NCBI GenBank assembly: GCA_026395955.1
Contig: JAPLXR010000006.1
Location: forward strand, 87,259-151,258
Length of the DNA: 64,000 nt
Reading direction: 5' to 3'
Origin: Candidatus Nomurabacteria bacterium
Lineage (GTDB): Bacteria > Patescibacteriota > Minisyncoccia > Phycocordibacterales > UBA9973
The notes beneath the pieces were generated by a model that saw only the letters and a list, made by a program, of their open reading frames with translations, was not told the origin of the DNA and did no database searches. This document shows positions 56,306 through 64,000 of this stretch, in pieces. The first letter of the stretch is position 1. Each line of letters begins with the position of its first letter. A program made the translations under genes and the position numbers.

Positions 56306-56986
56306 ATGATTAATTTTAAGAAAGTTTCAAAAGTATATAGTAAGGATTCTGTGGCACTACGCGATATTGATTTAATCATCTCATCCGGAGAATTTCTGTC
56401 TGTAGTTGGTCATTCTGGTGCTGGTAAATCTACTTTAATAAAAATGATTCTCGCCGATGAACATCCTACAGAAGGTGCTGTATTTTTTGAATCTGTAGAT
56501 ATTCATAAATTAGGAAATAAAGATTTAACCAATCTTCGCAGAAGAATAGGCGCAGTATTTCAGGATTTTCGTCTTTTATCAAACAAAACTGCTTATGAGA
56601 ATATAGCTTTTGCTATGGAAGCTGCTGGAAAAACAGACGAAGAAATAGCAAGTGATGTTCCTCATGTATTAGAGCTTGTTGATTTGGCTAATAAATTGGA
56701 CCATTTTCCTCACCAAATGTCTGGTGGAGAAAAACAACGTCTTGCTATCGCTCGTGCGATCATAAATCAACCAGAATTAATAATTGCCGATGAGCCGACA
56801 GGTAATTTAGACCCAGTAAATGCTTTTGAAGTTATTCAAATTCTAAAAAAGATCAATGATTTGGGAACTACTGTAATATTAACCACTCACAACAGAGGTG
56901 TGATAGAATCTATAGGTAAACGTGTAGTGACCATGGAAAAAGGTAAAATTATTAGAGATGATAAAGATGGTAAATACATAATATAA
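56306..56986 (+). CDS. ftsE: cell division ATP-binding protein FtsE
   Basis: GHSGAGKST, RR.IG.VFQDFRLL, SGGEKQR, ADEPTGNLD; followed by ftsX. Confidence 0.95.
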   Translation: MINFKKVSKVYSKDSVALRDIDLIISSGEFLSVVGHSGAGKSTLIKMILADEHPTEGAVFFESVDIHKLGNKDLTNLRRRIGAVFQDFRLLSNKTAYENIAFAMEAAGKTDEEIASDVPHVLELVDLANKLDHFPHQMSGGEKQRLAIARAIINQPELIIADEPTGNLDPVNAFEVIQILKKINDLGTTVILTTHNRGVIESIGKRVVTMEKGKIIRDDKDGKYII

Positions 56987-56990
56987 AGTT

Positions 56991-57908
56991 ATGACAGAAT
57001 TAAAAAGAATTATAAAAGCAGGGTTTGTAAATTTTTCTCGAAACGGGATTATTTCATGGTCTGCCGTTCTTGTTATCACTATCACTTTATCTGTTATAAC
57101 TTCACTTATATTTTTGCAAGCAGTTTTACACTCATCCCTCGATCAAATAAAAGATAAAGTTGATGTAACTGTTTATTTCACTACAGAAGCTCAAGAGTCA
57201 GACATAATGTCTCTAAAATCTAATATAGAAAAATTACCAGAAGTCGCAAGTACTATATATGTTTCTTCTGAAGAAGCATTGCAAACATTCCGTGATCGTC
57301 ATCAAAATGATTATCCTACTATCCAAGCCCTCGATGAAATTGGTTCAAATCCACTCGGTGGCTATTTAAATATTAAAGCAAAAGAAGTTAATCAATATGA
57401 AAGTATTGCAAATTTTTTGAAAGGTGATGATGCATTGGTTTCTGGTTCTACTTCTATCGTAGATAAAGTAAACTATAATCAAAATAAATTAGTTATAGAT
57501 AGACTCAGTTCTATTATCGGTGGTGCAGAGAAACTCGGTTTTATTATTACTTTAGTTTTAAGTTTAATTTCTTTGATCATTGCTTATAACACTATTCGTC
57601 TAGCTATATTTATGTCTCGTGAAGAAATATCTGTTATGCGTTTAGTCGGAGCAAGTAAATTCCGTATTCGTGGTCCATTTATGATAGAAGGTTTGATATA
57701 TGGTTTTATTGCTACTGTCCTAACAATGCTTATTTTCTGGCCGACAACTGTGTATTTTGGTAATAATATGTCTTCATTTTTAGGTATGAATATACATGAA
57801 TACTTCACATCCAATTTCTTTCAAATTTTCATTATCGTTTTATTATCAGGAATTCTGCTAGGGATGATCTCATCTTTTTTTGCAGTACGTAAGTATTTAA
57901 ATAAATAA
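56991..57908 (+). CDS. ftsX: cell division permease FtsX
   Basis: NTIRLAI..REEI.VMRLVGAS..IRGPF.IEG. Confidence 0.93.
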   Translation: MTELKRIIKAGFVNFSRNGIISWSAVLVITITLSVITSLIFLQAVLHSSLDQIKDKVDVTVYFTTEAQESDIMSLKSNIEKLPEVASTIYVSSEEALQTFRDRHQNDYPTIQALDEIGSNPLGGYLNIKAKEVNQYESIANFLKGDDALVSGSTSIVDKVNYNQNKLVIDRLSSIIGGAEKLGFIITLVLSLISLIIAYNTIRLAIFMSREEISVMRLVGASKFRIRGPFMIEGLIYGFIATVLTMLIFWPTTVYFGNNMSSFLGMNIHEYFTSNFFQIFIIVLLSGILLGMISSFFAVRKYLNK

Positions 57909-57920
57909 TTTTATAAAAAA

Positions 57921-59576
57921 ATGTCTAAAGAAAATACAAAATATATTTTTGTGGTAGGTGGTGTTATTTCTGGGGTCGGAAAAGGTATTACTTCTTCATC
58001 AATAGGTCTGATATTAAAAAATCGCGGTCTAAATGTGACCGCGATTAAAATTGATCCATATATCAATGTGGATGCAGGAACAATGAATCCTACAGAACAC
58101 GGAGAAGTTTTTGTTTTACCTGATGGTGATGAGACTGATCAAGATATGGGAAACTATGAAAGATTTTTAGATATTAATCTTACTCGTACAAACTATATGA
58201 CTACTGGTCGTGTATATCAAGCCGTTATTGAGAAAGAACGTAACTTAGAATACAAAGGTAAATGCGTACAAGTCGTTCCTCATATACCGATGGAAATAGT
58301 CAGTCGTATTAAAAAAGCTGCAACAGATGCAAAAGCTGATGTAGTTATGATTGAAATAGGTGGAACTGTCGGAGAATATGAAAATATTTTATATTTAGAA
58401 GCTGCTAGAATGTTGAAAATTGAAAATCCACATGATGTGACTTTTGTAATGGTTTCATACTTACCGACACCATCAAAGGTAGGAGAAATGAAAACAAAAC
58501 CAACTCAACATGCTTCACGTTTACTCAATGGTTCTGGAATTCAAGCAGATATTTTGATTGCTCGTGCTGATACACCTCTCGACGAGAAAAGAAAAGAAAA
58601 ACTCGCAATGTTTTGTAATATTCCGGCAGATAGAATTATTTCTGCTCCAGACATAGAAAGTATTTATGACGTTCCAATAAATTTTGAAAAAGAAAAATTA
58701 TCTGACAAACTTTGTGAAATAATGGGTGTAATTTGTAAAAAGCCAGACGAGAAGAATTGGGTTGGCTGGAAAACTTTTGTAAAAAAAGTACACAATTCAA
58801 AAGAAACTTTAAATATTGCTATGATTGGTAAATATTTTGAAACAGGAGACTTTGTTCTTTCTGATTCATACCTTTCTGTTATAGAAGCTGTAAAATATTC
58901 TGCTTATATGCAAAATAAAAAACCAGTTATTTCTTGGCTTAATTCTACAGATTTCGAGAAATCTCCAGCAAAATTAAAAGAATTAAAAAAATACGACGGT
59001 ATAATAGTTCCTGGTGGTTTCGGATCTCGCGGAGTTGAAGGAATAATCAATGTTATTAAATATGCTCGTGAAAATAAAATTCCATATTTTGGACTTTGTT
59101 ATGGTATGCAATTACTTGTTATTGAATATTCTAGAAATGTGCTCGGTCTCAAAGATGCAAATACTGCAGAAGTAAATCCTAATTCAAAAAATATGGTTGT
59201 CGACGTTATGGAAAGTCAAAAAGAACTTTTGAAGAAAAATTCTTATGGAGGATCTATGAGGCTCGGTGATTATAAGGCAGTATTGGGCAAAGGAACTATA
59301 GCAGAAAATGCTTATGGTAAAAAAGAAATTATAGAACGTCACAGACATCGTTATGAAGTAAATAATGCCTATGTCGAAAGTTTAGAAAAGAAAGGTTTGG
59401 TTTTTTCTGGTAAATCTCCAAATGGAAATTTGATGGAAATAGCAGAGCTTCCTAAATCTGTACATCCATTCTTTTTGGCGACACAATTTCATCCAGAATT
59501 CTTAGCTAGACCACTAACACCGCATCCACTTTTCACTGCTTTCATAAAAGCTTGTATAAAAGAAAAGAAAAAATAA
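57921..59576 (+). CDS. pyrG: CTP synthase
   Basis: GGVISGVGKG, KIDPYINVDAGTM, KTKPTQ, PGGFG, GLCYGMQ, QFHPEF. Confidence 0.98.
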   Translation: MSKENTKYIFVVGGVISGVGKGITSSSIGLILKNRGLNVTAIKIDPYINVDAGTMNPTEHGEVFVLPDGDETDQDMGNYERFLDINLTRTNYMTTGRVYQAVIEKERNLEYKGKCVQVVPHIPMEIVSRIKKAATDAKADVVMIEIGGTVGEYENILYLEAARMLKIENPHDVTFVMVSYLPTPSKVGEMKTKPTQHASRLLNGSGIQADILIARADTPLDEKRKEKLAMFCNIPADRIISAPDIESIYDVPINFEKEKLSDKLCEIMGVICKKPDEKNWVGWKTFVKKVHNSKETLNIAMIGKYFETGDFVLSDSYLSVIEAVKYSAYMQNKKPVISWLNSTDFEKSPAKLKELKKYDGIIVPGGFGSRGVEGIINVIKYARENKIPYFGLCYGMQLLVIEYSRNVLGLKDANTAEVNPNSKNMVVDVMESQKELLKKNSYGGSMRLGDYKAVLGKGTIAENAYGKKEIIERHRHRYEVNNAYVESLEKKGLVFSGKSPNGNLMEIAELPKSVHPFFLATQFHPEFLARPLTPHPLFTAFIKACIKEKKK

Positions 59577-59620
59577 TACAAATAAAAAGACCTTAGAAAT
59601 AAGGTCTTTTTATTTGTATT
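59575..59620. terminator. pyrG terminator
   Basis: AATACAAATAAAAAGACCTTA-gaaa-TAAGGTCTTTTTATTTGTATT. Confidence 0.8.
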
Positions 59621-59654
59621 GCCTAAAAAAATACGAAGAGTATACTTGAAATAT

Positions 59655-60083
59655 ATGGAACAAAATAACAATGAAAACAAAATAAACTATCAAGGTCATT
59701 ATTATGGAAAAATAATTCGCACTATTTTTATAACTGGTGGGCTTGTAATGCTTATTACTTTTCCATTCTTTAGTAATTTGGTAAATTTACCACTTCCTGT
59801 TTCTATTTTTACAATAATACTTTTCGTTATTATCGGTGGACTTATTAATCCTTTATCAAAATGGATTTTTATAATTGGTTCTATTATTCCAGTACTTGCT
59901 CTGACAATGTTTGAATATTATGCCTTCAATACATATCAACACCTATCAAATGCAAACTCAATGAGTGTCGCATTTTTCTGGATTAACCAAGCTTTAGCTT
60001 TAATGTTTTTCTTTGCTACATACCTATCAGTCAAAACCCTCCGTGCCATGATGCAAGGCAAGATGATAGATGACACTGAATAA
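59655..60083 (+). CDS. hypothetical 4-TM membrane protein
   Basis: HYYG..IR..F N-terminus; FFFATY.SVKTLR C-terminus. Confidence 0.7.
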   Translation: MEQNNNENKINYQGHYYGKIIRTIFITGGLVMLITFPFFSNLVNLPLPVSIFTIILFVIIGGLINPLSKWIFIIGSIIPVLALTMFEYYAFNTYQHLSNANSMSVAFFWINQALALMFFFATYLSVKTLRAMMQGKMIDDTE

Positions 60084-60088
60084 TATTG

Positions 60089-60159
60089 CTGCGGGGCTTG
60101 GGGTCGAACCAAGGTTTTCGCTTTCAGAGAGCGACGTCCTACCACTAGACGATCCCGCA
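60089..60159 (-). tRNA. tRNA-Gln(CTG)
   Basis: Reverse complement folds with TCGCT-CT-CTG-AA-AGCGA, U1-A72, G73. Confidence 0.93.
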
Positions 60160-60234
60160 AAACCATTTAACTACTTAAGAGTAACGCAAAAAAGTTAATT
60201 ATTCAACTTTTGTTTTTTATGCTATTATAATTGC

Positions 60235-60795
60235 ATGTCTATTTTTCGTGATCCAATAATACATTCTGACTTGGAAGTACATGAAGCCAATTCTAAAATG
60301 AATTCTCTTCGTGCTGCTGTACTCGGAGCAAATGATGGAATCGTTTCTGTATCTTCTGTAGTTTTAGGCATGGCTGGAGCAACAAATGTAAAAAATCTTA
60401 TCTTAACAGCTGGAGTAGCGAGTCTTGTCGCTGGAGCTTTGGCTATGTCTGTAGGTGAATATGTATCTGTCAGTTCTCAACGTGATACAGAAAAAGTTTT
60501 AGGAACTCATCCTGACCATCTGACTAATCCTTGGCATGCAGCTTATGCTTCTGGAATTTCTTTTTTCTGTGGAGCCTTGATTCCGATAATTGCTGTTTTA
60601 ATTTCTCCTGCATTTATTCGAATTCCAGTAGTTTTCATTTCAGTATTTTTAGGTTTGATTGTTATGGGTATGCTTTCTGCAAATGCTGGTGGTGCTCATC
60701 GTACTACAGCAGTGATACGTGTTGTTGTTGGAGGTTTGATTGCTATGATAGTTACATTTGGAGTAGGAAAAATATTTGGAGTTATAGGAATATAA
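60235..60795 (+). CDS. VIT1/CCC1 family iron/manganese transporter (short form)
   Basis: LRAAVLGANDGIVS, AGALAMSVGEYVSVSSQRD, NPWHAA. Confidence 0.92.
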   Translation: MSIFRDPIIHSDLEVHEANSKMNSLRAAVLGANDGIVSVSSVVLGMAGATNVKNLILTAGVASLVAGALAMSVGEYVSVSSQRDTEKVLGTHPDHLTNPWHAAYASGISFFCGALIPIIAVLISPAFIRIPVVFISVFLGLIVMGMLSANAGGAHRTTAVIRVVVGGLIAMIVTFGVGKIFGVIGI

Positions 60796-60847
60796 TCTTC
60801 ATTTAATCTTCACAAACCTTTTGCTATAGTGGTGATATAATAAATAT

Positions 60848-61306
60848 ATGAATAAAATAATAAATATTTTAGAAAAAAATAGTGGGGCAGTATTACGTTA
60901 TGGAATGTCTTTTGTAATACTTTGGTTTAGTATTCAACAATTTTTACATGCTAATATTTGGACAGCTTATGTTCCAGATAGTGCGGTAGCTATGACACAT
61001 TTGAGCGCTATTACATTGGTTTACTTTAATGCAGTATTTGAATTAGTATTTGGTATTATGCTTGTTTTAGGATGGCAGACACGCCTCGCAGCACTTTTAC
61101 TTTCATTACATCTTTTTGATATTATGTATGTTGTCGGTTATGGAGAAATAGGTATACGTGATTTAGGTTTAGCTATAGCAACATTTGTGATATTTATGAA
61201 TGGAGCAGACTATTTGTGTTACCAAACAAAAGAAGAAACAGAAGAAAAAATAAATTATTCAAATACTACTGTTGGTCAAAATTTACAACAAATTAAAAAA
61301 ATATAA
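60848..61306 (+). CDS. DoxX-family membrane protein
   Basis: LRYG, E...G..L.LG..TR.AA.LL..H, RDLGL. Confidence 0.8.
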   Translation: MNKIINILEKNSGAVLRYGMSFVILWFSIQQFLHANIWTAYVPDSAVAMTHLSAITLVYFNAVFELVFGIMLVLGWQTRLAALLLSLHLFDIMYVVGYGEIGIRDLGLAIATFVIFMNGADYLCYQTKEETEEKINYSNTTVGQNLQQIKKI

Positions 61307-61316
61307 TAATAAAAAT

Positions 61317-61889
61317 ATGCAAAATCAATCACAAAAAAATTTAGGTTTATTTATCGGTGTCGGAGTAGTCTTTTTAGTTCTACTTTCAACATTTATGTTT
61401 GGTAAGAAAAATGATGTTCCTACAAATAGTAATGGTGACAAAGTCTCTACTCCTGTTAGTAGAAATAATTCTACAGATACTATTTCTTTTAAACCAATTA
61501 CTACAACACCACCTCCAATATCAAATCCTGCTCCAGTTACTAAACCAGTGGTATTAACACCACCACCTCCAGTAGTTACAACAAAACAATCTGTTTATAA
61601 AGATGGTTCATATTCAGCTACAGGATCTTATAATTCTCCTGGAGGATATGATGAACTTGGAGTTTCTCTTGTGTTAAAAAATGATACTATTACTGATATA
61701 AATGTAACTAATATGGCAGGAGATGGTACTTCTTCAAGATATCAGGACAGATTTATTTCTGGTTACAAGCAATACGTAGTTGGTCAAAAAATAGATGATA
61801 TCTATTTATCTAGAGTTTCTGGTGCTTCTCTAACACCAATTGGATTCAATGATGCTCTCGATCAAATAAAGTCAAAAGCAAAAGCATAA
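61317..61889 (+). CDS. membrane-anchored FMN-binding (flavinylation substrate) protein
   Basis: TM, Pro/Thr linker, YKDGSYSATGSYNSPGG, VSGASLT flavinylation motif; next to apbE. Confidence 0.85.
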   Translation: MQNQSQKNLGLFIGVGVVFLVLLSTFMFGKKNDVPTNSNGDKVSTPVSRNNSTDTISFKPITTTPPPISNPAPVTKPVVLTPPPPVVTTKQSVYKDGSYSATGSYNSPGGYDELGVSLVLKNDTITDINVTNMAGDGTSSRYQDRFISGYKQYVVGQKIDDIYLSRVSGASLTPIGFNDALDQIKSKAKA

Positions 61890-61896
61890 AATATTT

Positions 61897-62763
61897 ATGA
61901 TTGAATTTAGCTTTGAAGGTATAGGTACAAAATGGCAGATTGAAATATATCAAGAGTTAACTAAAGAATCAGAAGAAAAATTATTTTCTAGTATAAAAAA
62001 TAGAATAGATATCTTTGATAAAGATTATTCTCGTTTCAGAGATGATTCTTTGGTTACAAAGATGTCAAAAGAAATAGGTATTTATAATTTACCTTCTGAC
62101 GCTGACCCTATGATGTCTTTGTATTATGATTTATATAAACGTACAGATGGACTTTTTACTCCATTAGTAGGGAATCTACTTTCTGATGCTGGTTATGATG
62201 CTAAATACTCTTTATCACAAAAAAAGGATTTAGAAATTCCTCCAAAATGGGAAGAAGTAATGGATTATAAATTCCCGAAATTAAATATAAAAAAACCAGT
62301 GATATTAGACTTTGGCGCAGGAGGCAAGGGATATTTAATAGATTTAGTTAGTAAAGTAATAGAAGAAAATAATATTTTAAAATATTGTATCGATGCTGGT
62401 GGAGATATTTTATATAAAAATGATACACCTATTCGTGTCGGTTTAGAAAATCCTAAAAATTTTGAAGAAGTTATAGGTTTATATCCACTTACTGGTGGTA
62501 GTATTTGTGGCTCTGCTGGTAGTCGTCGTAAATGGGGAGAGTTTAATCATATAATGAATCCAAAAACTTTAACTCCGGCTACTGAAATTATCGCTGTTTG
62601 GGTTGTGGCTGATATTGCATTACTTGCTGATTCTATAGCAACTTGTTTATTTTTTGTACCAGCAGAAATTTTAAATTCTTTTTATAAGTTTGAGTATATT
62701 CTAGTAAAAGCTGATTTTTCTACCGAAAAATCAGCTGATTTTAAAGGGGAATTGTTTAGTTAG
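61897..62763 (+). CDS. apbE: FAD:protein FMN transferase
   Basis: IGT, SRFRDDS, T.G.F.P, LDFGAGGKGY, DAGGD, HIMNP.T, ADSIAT. Confidence 0.9.
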   Translation: MIEFSFEGIGTKWQIEIYQELTKESEEKLFSSIKNRIDIFDKDYSRFRDDSLVTKMSKEIGIYNLPSDADPMMSLYYDLYKRTDGLFTPLVGNLLSDAGYDAKYSLSQKKDLEIPPKWEEVMDYKFPKLNIKKPVILDFGAGGKGYLIDLVSKVIEENNILKYCIDAGGDILYKNDTPIRVGLENPKNFEEVIGLYPLTGGSICGSAGSRRKWGEFNHIMNPKTLTPATEIIAVWVVADIALLADSIATCLFFVPAEILNSFYKFEYILVKADFSTEKSADFKGELFS

Positions 62764-62798
62764 TTTTTATCTTTTTTATGCTATACTCATTAGCGTAA

Positions 62799-63386
62799 AT
62801 GGCTTCAAAAATAATAAATTTCGTTAGCTTTATTAAACAAACCATAAAAAACCCACAAATAAATGGTGCGGTTGCTCCTAGTTCTAAAAAGCTAGCTTTA
62901 TTGATAGTTAAAGAGGCAAATTTAAATACTTCAAAAACTATCGTTGAGATTGGACCTGGTAACGGTATTTTTACTGGTGAAATTTTAAAAAGAATTAAAA
63001 AGAAAAATAAATTTTTTGTAATTGAAATAAATGATTTTTTTGTAAATGAATTAAAAAATAAATATCCAGATTTATTAATTTTTCATGATACTGCAGAAAA
63101 TATTGATAAATGTTTGAAAACAATTGATCAAAAAAAATGTGATAGAGTTATTTCTGGTTTACCTTGGACTGCTTTTGATGAAAAAATGCAAAAAGATATC
63201 ATTACTAAAATATATAATTCTTTAGAAATTGGAGGTATGTTTTTAACTTTTTCTTATTTTCCATTAAACAATCTACCAGATGGTAAGAATTTTAAAAATA
63301 TATTAGAGTCTTTTTTTAAAGAGGTTAAAAAAACAAAAGTTGTATCAAATTTCCCACCTGCTTTTGTGTATATTTGTATTAAATAG
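62799..63386 (+). CDS. phospholipid N-methyltransferase-like SAM methyltransferase (PmtA-like)
   Basis: GAVAPSSKKLA, VEIGPGNG.FT, ISGLPW, F.Y, N.PPA.VY. Confidence 0.78.
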   Translation: MASKIINFVSFIKQTIKNPQINGAVAPSSKKLALLIVKEANLNTSKTIVEIGPGNGIFTGEILKRIKKKNKFFVIEINDFFVNELKNKYPDLLIFHDTAENIDKCLKTIDQKKCDRVISGLPWTAFDEKMQKDIITKIYNSLEIGGMFLTFSYFPLNNLPDGKNFKNILESFFKEVKKTKVVSNFPPAFVYICIK

Positions 63387-63427
63387 ACTTCATCTGCAAT
63401 TCATAATTAATGTGATATTATATAAAT

Positions 63428-64000
63428 ATGGTTAAAAATCTTTTAGGTAAAATTAAGTCTTTTTTTATAGCTCATAAAACTATCAGTATTATAATAATTA
63501 TTATCTTGCTTGTTGTTGGATATTATTCGTATAAAAAAATTACTGATACTTCAGGACAAATAAAATATATAACTACTACTGTTCAAAAAGGAACAATTAT
63601 TGCTTCTATTACTGGAAGTGGGCAAGTTTCTGTTTCAAACCAAATTGATATAAAACCAAAAGTAAGTGGTCAAATAATGTGGATAGGTGTAAATAGTGGA
63701 GATAAAGTCAATACAGGACAAGCACTCCTTTCTATCGATTCTACTGATGCACAAAAATCTGTACGTGATGCGCAGGTAGCATTAGATAGTGCAAATCTTT
63801 CACTTGAAAAATTAAAACTTCAAAATTCTGATAGTAACTTAAATAATAGTTTATCAAAAGCATATAGTGATGGGCTTTCTGTTGTATCTAGTACTTTTTC
63901 AGATATTACTTCAGAGATGATAGGACTTAATAACATGTTGTTACAACAAAATCTTTCTTATAATACTGTACACGTAAACGGTCCAACAGCTGTTGCTTAT
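63428..64000 (+). CDS. efflux periplasmic adaptor (HlyD/MFP family), 3'-truncated by window edge
   Basis: Manual translation: TM, ITGSGQV..IKPKVSG.I...V..GD.V..GQ.L..ID lipoyl-like motif, coiled coil. Confidence 0.85.
   Translation, partial: MVKNLLGKIKSFFIAHKTISIIIIIILLVVGYYSYKKITDTSGQIKYITTTVQKGTIIASITGSGQVSVSNQIDIKPKVSGQIMWIGVNSGDKVNTGQALLSIDSTDAQKSVRDAQVALDSANLSLEKLKLQNSDSNLNNSLSKAYSDGLSVVSSTFSDITSEMIGLNNMLLQQNLSYNTVHVNGPTAVAY

Overview
AT-rich bacterial chromosome segment in standard code 11 (tRNA-Trp has anticodon CCA, RF2 is present, TGA is used as a stop). Gene content points to a Patescibacteria/CPR (Parcubacteria-like) genome, by inference: short IF2, internally shortened RF2, a tandem TrbC/VirB2-like pilin array, and surface proteins with C-terminal peptidoglycan-binding domains. 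Core genes are csp, msrB/msrA, lexA, engB, hpf, fmt, def, hisS, lepB, pth, rpsA, gyrA, rbfA, infB, a cysteine desulfurase, clpB, rpmG, purA (frameshifted), prfB, ftsE/ftsX and pyrG. There are 11 tRNAs and several stand-alone accessory genes. No rRNA, CRISPR array, transposase, integrase or reverse transcriptase was seen. Most notable observations: (1) a DUF559/Vsr-like endonuclease gene bracketed by inverted GC-rich hairpin repeats, with a cargo ORF, two variant copies beside it and a solo copy 11 kb away, i.e. a candidate nuclease-plus-REP mobile system. (2) In-frame insertions in fmt, the cysteine desulfurase and msrA; two have 21-24 bp inverted arms that look like copies of local host sequence. 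(3) A pervasive TGn-TAnnnT-N6-ATG leaderless promoter layout. (4) Upstream 5'-part duplicates of two tRNAs and C55 in both tRNA-Thr. (5) Small monocistronic basic and acidic proteins absent from the ORF track. (6) A DoxX/FMN-binding/ApbE flavinylation cluster. All calls come from reading motifs by eye; no database searches were run.
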